DNA of 64,000 nt from contig CAVSAC010000014.1 of NCBI GenBank assembly GCA_963725865.1, positions 288,001 to 352,000 of the forward strand. The letters run 5' to 3'. Of this stretch, positions 11,539 through 23,396 are shown piece by piece. A program made the translations under genes and the position numbers. This DNA comes from Candidatus Eiseniibacteriota bacterium (GTDB lineage: Bacteria > Eisenbacteria > RBG-16-71-46). Every line of letters begins with the position of its first letter. The first letter of the stretch is position 1. Below the pieces are notes generated by a model. That model saw nothing but the letters and a program-made list of their open reading frames with translations, made no database searches and had not been told where the DNA came from.

Positions 11539-12446
11539 TGGAACTCCTGCTCTTCCTCGCCGCGATGCTGCGCATCAGCATCCCCTACACGCTGTCCGCG
11601 ATGGGCGCCTCGTTCAGCGAGCGCGGCGGCGTCATCAACATCGGGCTCGAGGGCATCATGCTCAACGGCGCGCTCGCGTACGTGCTGGGCGCGTACTGGA
11701 GCGGGAACCCGTGGGTGGGCGTGGCGGCCGCGCTGCTCGCGGGCCTGCTCACCGCAGCGCTGCACGCGGTGGTCACGGTGGGCTTCCGCGCGGATCAGAT
11801 CACGAGCGGACTCGGCATCAACCTGCTGGCCGCCGGCCTCACCAAGTTCGTGCTCACCGGGGTGTTCCACTCCTCGTCGAACTCGAGCCGCGTCGTCGGC
11901 CTGCCCGAGTGGTCGGTGTTCGGGCTCGAGCGGCTGCCGGGGATCGGCACCGTGCTCGGCACGCCGTTGGTGGTGATGACGGTGGCGCTGGTGTTCGTGG
12001 CGCAGTGGGCGGTGTTCCGCTCGGTACTCGGCCTGCGTCTGCGCACGATGGGCGAGCGCCCCGAGGCCGCCGCCACGCTGGGACTCTCGGTGCCGCTCTA
12101 CCGCACGCTCGGCGTGCTGATCTCGGGCGCGTTCGCGGGGCTGGCGGGCGCGTGGCTCGCCAGCGAGCAGCACTCGTTCACCGACGGCATGACCGGCGGG
12201 CGCGGTTACATCGCGATGGCGGCGATGATCGTGGGCAAGTGGTCGCCGGCAGGCGCCGCGGCCGCGTGCCTGCTGTTCGGCGCCGCCGAGGCGCTGCAGA
12301 TCCGCCTGCAGGGCTCGGGCTTCCCGAACGAGCTCTTGCAGATGCTTCCGTACCTCGTCACCATGCTCGCCCTCGCCGGCTTCATCGGCCGCGCCGTGCC
12401 GCCGCGCGCGGACGGCGTGCCCTACGACCCGGAGCACCCCGCATGA
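11538..12446 (+). CDS. Nucleoside ABC transporter permease
   Basis: SERGGVINIGLEG, GRGYIAMAAMIVGKW and MLPYLVT. TGATG coupling. Confidence 0.9.
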
Positions 12447-13297
12447 ACGAAGCGCCCCTGCTGCCCAGCCACGACCTCGACCAGCGCCTGGCCGACGCGG
12501 TGCACGCGATCAGGCTTCTGACCGCGCGCGTCCCGCAGGTCGGACTCACGCTCGGCTCCGGGCTCGGCGGCGCCATCGACGCGCTCGAGGATGCCGTGGT
12601 GCTGCCGACCGCCGAGCTGCCGCACTGGCCGCGCTCGACCGTGCACGGCCATGCCGGCCGGTTGGGCCTCGGAACCTGGAAGGGCGTGCAGGTGGTGGCG
12701 CTGTCGGGACGCAGCCATCGCTACGAGGGCTACCCCCTCGACCGGGTCACGTTCGCGGCGCGGGTGATGCACGCGCTCGGGGCGCGCACGATGATCTTCA
12801 CCAACGCGGTGGGTGCCATGAACCCCGACTACCAGCCCGGCGACGTGATGGTGGCGAACGGCCACGTCAACTTCATCGGCAAGCGCGGCGCGTTCACTCC
12901 CGCGGAGCTGCGCGAGCGGCGCGCCGGCCGCCGCGTGCGCGATTACTACTCGCCGGTGCTGCGCGAGCGGCTGGTGAGTGCCGCGATGCGCGCCGGCGTG
13001 CGGCTCCATCGCGGCACCCTGATGGGCGGCCTCGGCCCGACCTACGAGACCGCCGCCGAGGTGCGGATGGCGGGCCATCTCGGGGCCGACGTGGCCTGCA
13101 TGAGCACCGTGCACGAGGTGATGGTGGCGGCCGAGCTGGGCTGCGAGGCCGCGAGCCTCTCGTGCATCACGAACAAGGCGACCGGCCTGGCGACCGAAAA
13201 GCTCATGCACGAGGACGTCACCGAGGTCGGCAACCGCGTCGCGGTCCTGCTGCGCCGCATCCTCGACGAGTACTTCGCCGACATCGCGCGCAGCTGA
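12443..13297 (+). CDS. Purine-nucleoside phosphorylase (trimeric PNP family)
   Basis: LGSGLG, GRSHRYEG, GPTYETAAE and MSTVHE. ATGA overlap. Confidence 0.9.
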   Translation: MNEAPLLPSHDLDQRLADAVHAIRLLTARVPQVGLTLGSGLGGAIDALEDAVVLPTAELPHWPRSTVHGHAGRLGLGTWKGVQVVALSGRSHRYEGYPLDRVTFAARVMHALGARTMIFTNAVGAMNPDYQPGDVMVANGHVNFIGKRGAFTPAELRERRAGRRVRDYYSPVLRERLVSAAMRAGVRLHRGTLMGGLGPTYETAAEVRMAGHLGADVACMSTVHEVMVAAELGCEAASLSCITNKATGLATEKLMHEDVTEVGNRVAVLLRRILDEYFADIARS

Positions 13298-13401
13298 AGC
13301 ATCCGCGGCACCGCGCGCCGCCTCGGCGCGCCGCGCGCAGCGCCGCACCGCCGCGCGCGCATCGCCGGCCCGCGCGACCATCCGCGCGGATCACCGGCCG
13401 C

Positions 13402-15516
13402 TCAGCGTCCGCGCTCCGCCACCGCCAGCGACTCGCGCGCCGCCGCGTTGCCCGGGAAGTGCTTCAGCTCCGCGCGGAACGCCTTCGCCGCGCGATCGCG
13501 CCGGCCCGCGCGCATCCAGGTGCGCCCCTCCTCGAACCACACGCCGCGCTCCGGGCCCTGCAGGCGGCGCTCGAGCGCGAACTCGCGGATCGCGGCCGGG
13601 AACTCGCCCCGCTCGCGGGCGAGCTGGCCGAGCAGCTCGTGGACGCGCACGAAGTCCGGATCCACCCTGAGCACCATGCGCAGCAGACGTTCGCCCTCCT
13701 CCAGATGGTCGGCGCTCAGCGCCAGCACCGCCATCACGCCGAGCGCGCGCGCATTCGCGGGCGAGGAGTTCGCGGAGCGCGCGGCCTCGGCGGCCAGCGC
13801 CGCGTTGCCCCCCGGGTCCCGCAACGCCGCGGCGCCCAGCGCGGCGAAGCGCGCGCGGCTGCCGGGCAGGACGTGGTAGGCGTACCGCGCGGCCACGCTC
13901 GCCAGCGCGCCCGTGGGTCGCACGTAGACCGCGGCTGCGTCGTCGAGGAACACCAGCGTCCAGGCCGAATCGTCGTCGAGGAACGCGAGCAGACTGTCGG
14001 CCTCGGGCACCCGGCGTCCCAGCACCGCGTAGTCGAAGTGGTAGCGCGCCTCCAGCCGCCGCCAGGAGGCGCGGTCACCCTGCGCGTACGCGTAGAGGTC
14101 GCGCAGCTCGCGCGATCCGGACTGGTGGATGTCCATGAACGGCAGTCGCGAGCGATCCGGCCAGAACCGCCACAGCAGGTAGCCCGCCTGGTCGAACTGG
14201 GTCAGGCCGCGCCCGCGCACCCCTTCGCGCGCGATGAAGTCGCACGCCGCCGCCGGCCAGAACGCGGCATTGAGGCGCGGCCCCGGGCGCCACAGGCGCA
14301 CCGCGTACACGCACGCCAGCAGGCTGGCGAGTCCCGTGGCCAGCAGCAGCAGTCGCACCGCCGCCGTCGCGCTCGCGCGACCCCGCGCCCGAGCCGCCAG
14401 CTCGCTCGCATCGCGGGCGAGGAACGGCCCCGCCGCGATCGCCACGAAGCCGATGAAGCGCTGGCCGCCGAGCGGCAGCGGCACCAGCGCCAGACACAGC
14501 AGCAGCTCGGCGCGATCCCAGCGCCCGAGCCATGCGCCGCGCGCCAGCACCAGCGCGGGCCAGCCGATCAGGACCAGCGGCGACAGCGAATGCCACTGGA
14601 ACGACCAGTCGAAGGGCCGCAGCTCGCCGATGATCCCGAAGATCGGCTCGTGGCTCCAGAACAGCGCGTACTCGAACGGCTGCCACGCCGCGCGCCAGCC
14701 GAACGGGTTCACCAGCGCGGCGACGGCCATCAGGCCGGCCGCGAGCGCCAGCCGCCCGACGGGGATGCGCGAGCGGCCCGCGGACGCGGCGCGCGAGACC
14801 GGCAGCCACGCGTCCACCAGGAACGCGCCCGCGAGCAGCAGCCCGAGCCAGTACGAGACGTGCGCGTTCGCCCACACCAGCGCCGTGGCGACCAGCGGCA
14901 CCGTGCGATCGCGCCCGTCCGCGCGCCAGCCCGCGAGCAGCCACGTCTGCAGCGCGAGCAGCACCACCGCGAGCGTTTCGGGCCGCAGCTGGCTGCGCTG
15001 GCGATAGCCCACGATCGCGAGCATCACCGTCAGCACCGCCACCACGCCGGAGGCGCCCAGACGGCGCGCCGTGACCCACATCAGCACCGCGGCCGCGAGC
15101 GTGGTGATCCAGCGCCACGCGTACAGTCCGCCGACCCCGGCCAGGTTCCAGAACGGCCACAGCAGGGCGCGGAACAGCCACGAGGGCGTGACGACCGGCT
15201 CGCCGTATGTCGGCCACGACCACAGCTGCGTGGTCGGGACGGCGTGACTCGTCCAGATCGCGCGCCCAACGGTGAGGTGCTGACCGATGTCGGGATCGAC
15301 GATCGGATCGCTGACCAGCGCCACCACCGCGAGTGCTGCCAGCATCAGCGCGACCAGCATCACGCGGTCGGGGCGCGCGGGCGCGGCGGGCGCGGGCGCG
15401 GCCGGCGCGGGGGCGGCCGGCGCGGGCGGCGGCGCCCTGCGGCGCGACGCCTCCGCCGGTGGAGTCGCCGGGCGCGCCGGTGCCGTCGGCCTCCGGGGCC
15501 GCGGAGGCCGCGTCAT
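13402..15516 (-). CDS. Polytopic membrane protein (GT-C-like N-terminal region) with C-terminal TPR repeats
   Basis: DPD..QHL..GR, WANAH.S, NPFGW, GYLLW and FMD motifs, followed by a helical TPR-like tail. Confidence 0.7.
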   Translation of the reverse strand: MTRPPRPRRPTAPARPATPPAEASRRRAPPPAPAAPAPAAPAPAAPARPDRVMLVALMLAALAVVALVSDPIVDPDIGQHLTVGRAIWTSHAVPTTQLWSWPTYGEPVVTPSWLFRALLWPFWNLAGVGGLYAWRWITTLAAAVLMWVTARRLGASGVVAVLTVMLAIVGYRQRSQLRPETLAVVLLALQTWLLAGWRADGRDRTVPLVATALVWANAHVSYWLGLLLAGAFLVDAWLPVSRAASAGRSRIPVGRLALAAGLMAVAALVNPFGWRAAWQPFEYALFWSHEPIFGIIGELRPFDWSFQWHSLSPLVLIGWPALVLARGAWLGRWDRAELLLCLALVPLPLGGQRFIGFVAIAAGPFLARDASELAARARGRASATAAVRLLLLATGLASLLACVYAVRLWRPGPRLNAAFWPAAACDFIAREGVRGRGLTQFDQAGYLLWRFWPDRSRLPFMDIHQSGSRELRDLYAYAQGDRASWRRLEARYHFDYAVLGRRVPEADSLLAFLDDDSAWTLVFLDDAAAVYVRPTGALASVAARYAYHVLPGSRARFAALGAAALRDPGGNAALAAEAARSANSSPANARALGVMAVLALSADHLEEGERLLRMVLRVDPDFVRVHELLGQLARERGEFPAAIREFALERRLQGPERGVWFEEGRTWMRAGRRDRAAKAFRAELKHFPGNAAARESLAVAERGR

Positions 15517-15526
15517 CCGCGGACCG

Positions 15527-17427
15527 TCACCGCAGCAGCTCCACCTTCTCGATGTGGTCGCCCTGCACGATGCGCCACACCACGTCCATGCCCTTCGTGA
15601 CGTGCGCGAAGATGGTGTAGCGCCCGTCGAGGTGCGGTTGCGGCGAGTGCGTGATGAACCACTGGCTGCCGCCGGTGTCCTTGCCCGAGAGCGCCATGCC
15701 CACCATGCCGGGCTCGTAGCGACGGTGGTTGTACTCGCAACGGATCGAGTAGCCCGGCCCGCCCGCGCCGGTGCCGGTGGGGTCGCCGTCCTGGATCACG
15801 AAGTTCGGCACCACGCGATGCACCAGGTCGCCGTCGAAGTAACCGCGCTCGGCGAGCCACACGAAGTTCTTCACCGTCTGCGGCGCCTCGTCGCCGTAGA
15901 ACTCCCACGTGATGTCGCCCTTCGAGGTGTGGATCACCGCGCCGCGCGCCGCGGGCGGGGCGAAGAACTCCTCCCCGTAGCTCGCGAGCTGCGCGTGGGC
16001 CGGCGGGTGCGCGCGCTCCAGGCTGTCGGCGTACGCGCGGCCCGCGAGCGTGCGCAGCGCGTCGCGCAGCGAGATGCGTGCGTCGGCTTCGGCGTCGGCG
16101 GCCCAGCGCTCGTACGCCGCCGTCAGCGCGGGCACGCTGGCGCTGTCGCCCAGCGTGCCGAGCGCGTCGGCCGCGCCCGCCACCGCCAGCACGCTGGTGT
16201 CGGCCAGCACCGCGCGCAGCTCGGGAGCCACCGCACGGTCGCCCAGCTCGCCCAGCGCCTCCTCGGCCGCCATGCGCTCGCCCACCGGATACGTCGCCGC
16301 CAGCCGGGTCCGCAGCAGCGGCCTGACGTCGGCGGGCGCGAGCAGTCCCAAGTTGCGCAGCGCGCCGGCGCGCACCACCGGGCTCGGATCGTCGAGCATC
16401 CCCGAGAGGTCCACCTCGGCGCGCCGGTGCAGCCGCATCAGCGCGCGGGCGCTCGCCACGCGCGTCGCAGCGTCGGCGTCGCGCGTGTGCGCCACCAGCG
16501 CATCGAGCGTGGTGCGGCGTGCGGTGGTATCCGCCGCCGCGAGCCAGAAACGCTCCGCGAGCGCGGTCGCGGCGGTCACGCGCACGTACGGATGCTCGTG
16601 CGCCAGCTCCTTCGCCAGCGCCGGACCGCACGCCGCGCACGTGCTGTCGCCGATCTGCTGGAGCGAGCGGATGGCGTTGATGCGCACGCCGAGGTCGCTC
16701 TCGCGCCCGAGCACCGGCGAGCAGGCCCGGCGGTCGCCTGCGCCGACTTCTGGCGGCCGAGCGTGCGCGCGGCGTAGGCGCGCACGGTGGGGTCCGGATC
16801 GCTCAGGTGCGGCAGCACGACCGGGTCGATGCGCGCCGGAGCCACCACCTTCTCGAGCGCGTAGATCGCTCGCCAGCGCGCGCCGGCATCGCGATCGCCC
16901 GCGTGTTCGAGCAGCGCTCCGATCGCGGTGGAGTCCGCCAGCCGCCACAGCGCCACCGCCGCCTCGCCGCGCATCGCGGGATCGCGATCGGCGAGGTGCT
17001 TCACCACCGTCGGCGTGGCCGCCTTGTCGCCGAGCTTGCCGAGGGCTTCGAGCGCGATCCGCGCGAGCGCGGGATCGGGCGCGACGCTGGCGCGCTCGAG
17101 CGGCTCGCGAGCCGAGCGATGGCCGATCTGCCCGAGCGCGAACGCCGCCTCGCGGCGCACATCGGGGCTGCGGTCCTCGAGCAGCGGCAGCATGGCGGGA
17201 ACCGAGGTGCTGTCCTGCAACCGTCCCACCGCAAGCGCCGCGCGGGCGCGGATCGCGGCGTCGGAGTCCTGCAGCGCGTCCTGGAGCGTCGCGTCCCAGG
17301 TTCGCCGGTCCTCGGCGGTGGCGATCCCGCGCGAAACCGGCGCGGGGGCGACGGCGCGCGTCGCGGCACTCGCGCCGCCGGCCGTCAGCAGCGCGATCAG
17401 CGCCGTGGCGGCCGCTGCGCGATTCAG
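15527..17427 (-). CDS. Secreted HEAT-repeat protein fused to a cyclophilin-type peptidyl-prolyl isomerase (one frameshift near 16725)
   Basis: HEAT repeats (VRREAAFALGQIG) in ORF 16576..17553 continue in ORF 15527..16948, which ends in cyclophilin motifs HRVVPNFVIQDGDP, GSQWFITH and HLDGRYT. The start is approximate. Confidence 0.82.
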
Positions 17428-17431
17428 CGCG

Positions 17432-20400
17432 TCACGGCGTCGTGGGCTCCACCAGGCGGTGCGGCCGGCGCAGCTTGACGAGGCGACCCTCGTAGGTCGC
17501 GTTCGAGGCGCCGTTGTCGGCCTGCAGACGATAGAAGTAGACGCCATTCGCAAGCTTGTCTCCTTCCGCGTCGCGGCCGTCCCACGGCAGCTGGTGGTAG
17601 CCGGGCGCGAGCTGGCGTTCGAAGCGACGGTAGATCAGCCGCCCGGTCACGGTGTAGACGCGGATGAGTACGTCGGCCGGGCTGCCGCTCTCGAGGTTGA
17701 ACGAGAAGTACGCTCCGAGCTCGTCCTCGAACGGGTTGGGGAACAGCATCGCATCGACGAGCTTCAGCTCGCCGCTCGTGATCGTCACCTTGAACGTGTG
17801 CGCCGCGACCAGCGCGCCGTCGAGCAGCACTTCGACCGTGTAGTCGCCGACCGGGTAGGGCGAGTGGGTCCACGCCAGCACGTGCTCGCGGCCCGAGGCG
17901 TCGCCGGCGTTCGGCGTCGCCGTGATCGTCTGATCGACGCCGTTGATGCGCACGACGTACGAGGTCTGCGGCGTCGCGACCGGCACCGGGCACAGCATCA
18001 ACAGCGTCAGGTTCGCGGTCGGCGGGACCACGTCGCCGTCGGGGATCGCGATGCCTTCGGAGCGCAGCACGGTCTGGAACGGGAACGCCACGTCGAAGGA
18101 CGTGGCCACGCCCTGACGGTCCGTGGCGCGGAACGTGAACGTGGTGGAGCGCGGCTGCAGCGACGTGAAGTAGGTGATCTGGTAGCGCCGTCCGCCCAGC
18201 CCGCCGAACGCGGTGTCGGGGAACGACGGCGTGATGGAGTAGTCGCCGACGGCGATCGTGTCCTGCACGCCCGCAATCACGCGGTCGATCCGCAGGCGGG
18301 TCAGCGCTTGGTTCGACACCAGGTCGGCGACCACGCGCACGGTGTCGCCGAGCGTGTGCAGCCGCACCGCCTGCGCCCGAGGTGACGGCGAGCCCGTTCG
18401 CGGTCACGAACGACTGCGGCGCCGCGATCGAGATGCGCGTCGCCGGATCGCCGAGCAGCTCGTAGCTGAGGCCCACGTTGCGCTCGCCGGCGCTATTGAT
18501 CACCTGGGGGACCCACTTCAGGAGCGCCAGCGCGATGGCGTCGCCGAGGACCGGGTGCGCGTACGGATCGCCCTGGCCGCGCTGGACGAGCGAGGTGTCG
18601 GGCGGCACCCGCGAGAACAGCGCGCGCGTCAGCTCCAGACTGATGTGGCTCAGGTTCGGGTTCTGCGACGGGATCAGCTCGAAACCGGTCGATGCCCACG
18701 AGGCGATCGCGCCGGTGCGTGGCGCGTTCACCATCTCCTCTCCCACACTCTGACCATAGAATTGGTCGCGCTCCAGCCAGTTCGTGAAGGCATTCGCGTG
18801 GCACGAGAATGCCGAGAAGAAGAATGGCCGGTCGGTGTTGGCGAGCATGCGCCAGTCGTCGGTCGTCCCCTGGGACATCCAGATCCACTCGTGTGAGAGC
18901 AGGAGCTGATTGGCGTGCCCGTGGTAGTTCCACCACAGCTTGCCGGCGTTGAGGCGATTCACCAGCAGCGGCGTGACGGCCGCCCGGGTGTGCTGCTCGG
19001 TCACGCTGGCGTTGGGCCGGCAGACGCTCCCGCCCACCATCACGGTGTCCTCGTTCGCCAGGTACTGCGCCATCGAGAACACCTCGGGGCTCGACTGGGC
19101 GAGCCCGGCCTCGTTCAGGATGATGTCCGCCGAACGCCGGTTGAGGTCCTCGAACACCGCCTCGTAGTTGTGGCGGCAGTAGGTGGTGCTGTTGAACTGT
19201 CCGAACAGGTCGCCCGAGTAGAGGTCATCGGCCAGCAGCGTCATCTCACGGCGCCAGGTCTGGCCCGCGCTCACGGTGTCGTAGGCGGCCAGCTTCCTGG
19301 CGATGTCGGCGGCCTCGGCGGCGCTGTTCACCGGCAGGCGCCCAACATAGACGTCGTGGAGCCCGGGAGTCACGCGCGGGTCGGGCGTCGGAATGCAGTC
19401 CGGATCCACGCACCAGCCGTACCACGAGTCGCTGGGGATGAGCTCGAAGCCGAACTCGTTTCCCACCGATACGCCGACCGGGCTCGGGATCATCATGGTC
19501 GGTACCCACTCCAGGCTGGAGGCGGAGTAGATCTGCCGGCCGTCCTGTCCGCCGGCATCCCCCATCAGCGTCACGTAGCGGGTGCTCCAGTTGTTGTACG
19601 CGTAGCGGATCAGCCGCTTGACCGCGTGCGCCGACGCGCGGCCGCCGTTGAACTGGTCGCGGATCGCCTCGTAGGGCGCCACCAGCACGCGCAAGCCCTG
19701 CGCCTCGCGCGCGGCGACCAGCGGCGCGACCGCGCCCTCCCACGCTCCGGGGATCACGAGCAGGTAGTCGTAGGACGTGGGGCCGCCCGTCAGCGGGCGG
19801 CGCGTCACCGCGCCGTAGGCTTCGGGGGCCGCAAAGCGCGGGGTGTCGAACACCACGTAGCGGCGCGGCTGGGCGCTTGAGGTCGAGTCCTGGAACTCGA
19901 TGCTCCAGCGTCCGGCCGCCTGCGTGATGTGCGAAGGGTCGACCACCAGGCGCACGGCCTGCGTGGAGTCGGCGACGTCCCACACCTCGATCGCATTCGA
20001 CGCGAAGCGATCCGCCTTCACCTGGTACTCGCCGTCGCCGTCCGCGCTGGTGCACGGCAGGTAACCCTGGATCGCGCGGTAGCCGCGCCAATGCGTGACC
20101 TCGAACCAGTTGAACGCGGTCGCGATCACCGGATCGATCACCGGATCGGGTGGATTGGGATACAGGCGGGTCCACACCTTCAGGTTGTTCCGGCCATCGG
20201 TCAGCACCGACGCCGGCGCGGAGACCGTGAACGTGCTGACCGTGTTACCGAACATCGGGACCGAATCGAGCACCGTCGTGAGCCCGCCGAGCCCATTGCG
20301 GGTCTGGGCCCACAGTAACCGCAGCTCCGTGCGACGTCCGATGAACTGGATCGCCAGGCGAGCCGCCCGCGTCGTGTCGAGGTCGTTGGCGTTGAACAGG

Positions 20401-21683
20401 AACGTGTCGGGACGCGTGTAGTAGCGAAGCCCCGAGACCCAGGTGATGGGATCGGTCAGCGTGTCGGGCGGGAAGCTGTTGTACTCCTGGGGGTCCCCGC
20501 TGTCGTGCTCGTAGTGCGTGGTCAGCGGGTACGACGGCAGCGGCGTCAGCCCGGTGGCGCCGCGCCAGCCGGCGCGCGTGGCCACGCGCAGGCCCGCCCG
20601 CCCGATCACGCGGGTCGCGTACACGTAGTCCGCGTCGCCCCACTGGCGCTGCCACATCGACGGGCGCGCGCGCGCGAGCCAGGTCTGCGCGTACACGTAG
20701 ATCGCGTCGCCCGAGTCGAACACTCCGTTCGTGTTGGAGTCGACGACCTCGCACGGGATCTCGACCGTGGCGTAGGGCGGCGTCGAGTTCTCGAGGAACT
20801 CGTGGCGGTGAACGCTCACCTCGGCGACCGGCACGCCGGTCGGGAAGCCGTGCGCCTCGAGGTCGTCCTCGAGCAGCCCGAGCACGCCGGTGGTGTCCAC
20901 CTTCACGCGCACCTCGGGCTGGTCCTCGTCGAACCCGAACGCTGCAGCGCCCTGCGCGCCGGCGCGCGGCGCGAGCCGCATGGCCGGCTGCGCGGGCGTC
21001 GCGGGACTGCGGAAACGGCGGCTCTGCTCCGGATTCAGCAGCCCACGCTCGAGCGTCGCGTCGGACGTTCCCTCGCCGATCGCCAGCGGTCGCAGCGCGG
21101 TGCCCGGGCTGGAGCTGAACGTCACGCGCACGGTGAGCGAGCGCCGTACCCACAGTCGCCCGGTCGCCTCGTCGTAGCGGAACGGCATCACGCGCACCGC
21201 GACCATGCGCTGGTGGCGCACCGTGAACGGCTCGCCCAGCTCGATCTGGGCGACGGGCCACGGGCCGTCCAGCACCGGGGGCACGTCCTCGATGGTCGGC
21301 TGCAGGCCGAGGCCGATCGAGCCGCTGCCCTCCCAGCCGGGACGCCCGGCGAGCGTGAGCGCCACGTTGTCCCGTGTGTCCTCGTCACCCATCGCCACCA
21401 CCGAGGCGCTCGCGCGCGCGCCAGGCGGCAGCGCGATGAGCGTGCTGGTCGCGGGCAGGAACGCCCGTCCGGGCTCGCTGAGCCCGTCGAAGCCCGGCGC
21501 CACCAGCTTCATGCGGTGCGTGAGCGAGTCGGGATCCAGCCGCCACTGCGGGACGTCGACGCGGAAGGTCACGCCGTGGTCGTCTGCGCTCACGAGCCGA
21601 GGGCTCTGGGCGCGCGCGGCGGAGGCGACGAGGGCGAGGGCGAGAGCGGCGAGCGGGACGAGCGAACGAGTCGAAAGGGGCAT
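17432..21683 (-). CDS. C25 family cysteine peptidase (gingipain/PorU-like) with propeptide and C-terminal FlgD-Ig/T9SS-CTD-like domain (frameshift near 18375)
   Basis: Signal peptide, PGRAFLP propeptide, YVTLMGDA, SDSWY, VGRLPV, catalytic YHGH and FSCH, and YELLGDP. The C-terminal FPNPF...WDGRD..G..LANGVYFYRL is in ORF 17432..18367. Confidence 0.85.
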
Positions 21684-21694
21684 AGGAGTCCTGC

Positions 21695-21724
21695 AGTCTA
21701 GGGAGGGCTCACGAACGGGGTCAA
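21695..21724 (-). promoter_or_regulatory. Putative sigma70 promoter for the C25 peptidase operon
   Basis: TTGACC-N18-TAGACT on the minus strand, ending 11 nt before ATG 21683. Confidence 0.5.
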
Positions 21725-21883
21725 GGAGCGCCGTTCGCGTATGGATCATCGGGTCTCGGAGCGCGGGCGCCGTGCCTGCCGGAGGTCCGGCCCGTTCCCG
21801 GTCGCGCCCCGGCCGCGGGCCTCGTCACGTCTCTGCTAGAATGCCGCGCCGCGATTCCCGTGCGCCCACCGGAGGCACCTCCC

Positions 21884-23276
21884 ATGCGACTCCCGAGCTT
21901 CGCCACGATGTCGCTCGTGGCGATCGTGGTCGCGCTCGCGACCCTCGCCGACGCGCCTCGGAGCGCGGCCGCTCTCCACGGAGCCGCGCGCCCCGACGCA
22001 CGCCGCGGCGGGCCGATGCCGGACAGCGTTCTGGCCTGGATCGGGGCCCGCCGCGAGGTGTCTCTCGCCGCATTCCAAGAAGCCTGGAGGCTGGTCGCTC
22101 CTCCTGCGCGACCTGACTCTCTGACCCCGGAGGGAGCCCGGCGGTTCCTGGATCTCCTGACCGGCAAGGAGGCGCTGGCGGAGCTGGCGCTCCAGGAACC
22201 ACCGGCCTGGACGGCCGAGGACAGCGCCCGCTATCAGGGGCTGCGGGACCAGCTGGTGCTGCGGACCATGCTCGACTCGGCGCTCACCGCGGCCCGGGCG
22301 CGGATGCGGGCGGCCGGGGACACCGCCGACGACGCCCAGACGGCAGGCGTGGCGGCCCGTGAGGACCTGCTGGCACGCCTGCGGCCGCGCTGGGAGGAGG
22401 AATCCCTCGAGCGCCTCGCGGCGGCGTTCCGGGCCCTGCCCAAGCCGACTGCGGACTCCGGCGTGATGGCCCAGATCCACATGCTCAGCCGGCTGCCACA
22501 CCTGTCGTCCTCGGACAGCGCGAGCGTGCTCGCCCACACCGCCGACGGCCCGTTCCGCGGCGCCGACCTGCTGGCGTGGTGGGCGCGCCTCGACCCGCTG
22601 AGCCGCCCGCGCGTATCCGAGGCGTCGCAGGTGCGCGACCTGGTGGCGAATGGTCTGTTCGAGACCACGCTGCGGCGCGAGGCCGAGCGCCGCGGCGTCG
22701 CGGAGCGCCCCGCGATCGCCGCCCCGCTGGCGCGCCAGCGCGAGTTCATCGCGGTGCAGCACCGGGTGGCGCGCGAGGTGTACGCGCGGATCGCCGCCGA
22801 TTCGGCCACGCTGCGGCGCCACTACGACGCGCACGTCGCCGACTTCGGGCTGCCGCTGCGGGCGCGCATCCTGCGCCTCGTGCTCGCCGACCGTTCCAGC
22901 GCCACCGAGCTGGCCCTGCGCCTGCGCGACGAGGCGCAGGCCGAGAGCCTGGTGGCGCGTGCCGCCCGCCAGCGTGTGCGGTACGACGAGGACCTGACGG
23001 CGGCGCGCGATTCGGTGCTGTTCGCGCGAGCGATGCACGCCGGGCCCCGGCACGGTGCTGGGCCCCGACTCGGTGAGCGGCGGCTGGCAGGTGGTGCGGG
23101 TCCGCGCGGTGGTGCCGGCGCGCCCGCGCACGTTCGAGGAGGCGCGGACGTTCGTCGAGAACGACTGGTACGGCCGCGAGGGCGAGCGCCTCATGCAGGA
23201 CCTGCTCGAGCGCAGCCGTCGCGCGGTGAAGGTGCGCGTGAACGAGCGTGCGCTCGCACGTTTGACTTCGCCTTGA
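21884..23276 (+). CDS. SurA/PrsA-like peptidyl-prolyl isomerase/foldase (frameshift near 23050)
   Basis: GGAGG SD and signal peptide. Degenerate rotamase region and a C-terminal PRTFEEAR...VKVRVNE in ORF 23055..23276. Confidence 0.65.
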
Positions 23277-23317
23277 CGGAAGGCGGTCGCGGGACGGACG
23301 CGCCGGCGGGCGGGACC

Positions 23318-23347
23318 TTGACGCCCTTCGCGCGCGCTCCGTAAACT
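23318..23347 (+). promoter_or_regulatory. Putative sigma70 promoter
   Basis: TTGACG-N18-TAAACT upstream of ATG 23397. Confidence 0.5.
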
Positions 23348-23396
23348 TCTCCGGTCGCGTTCCGCTCCCCCATCCCCCGCCTGTCCCGGAGACTCC

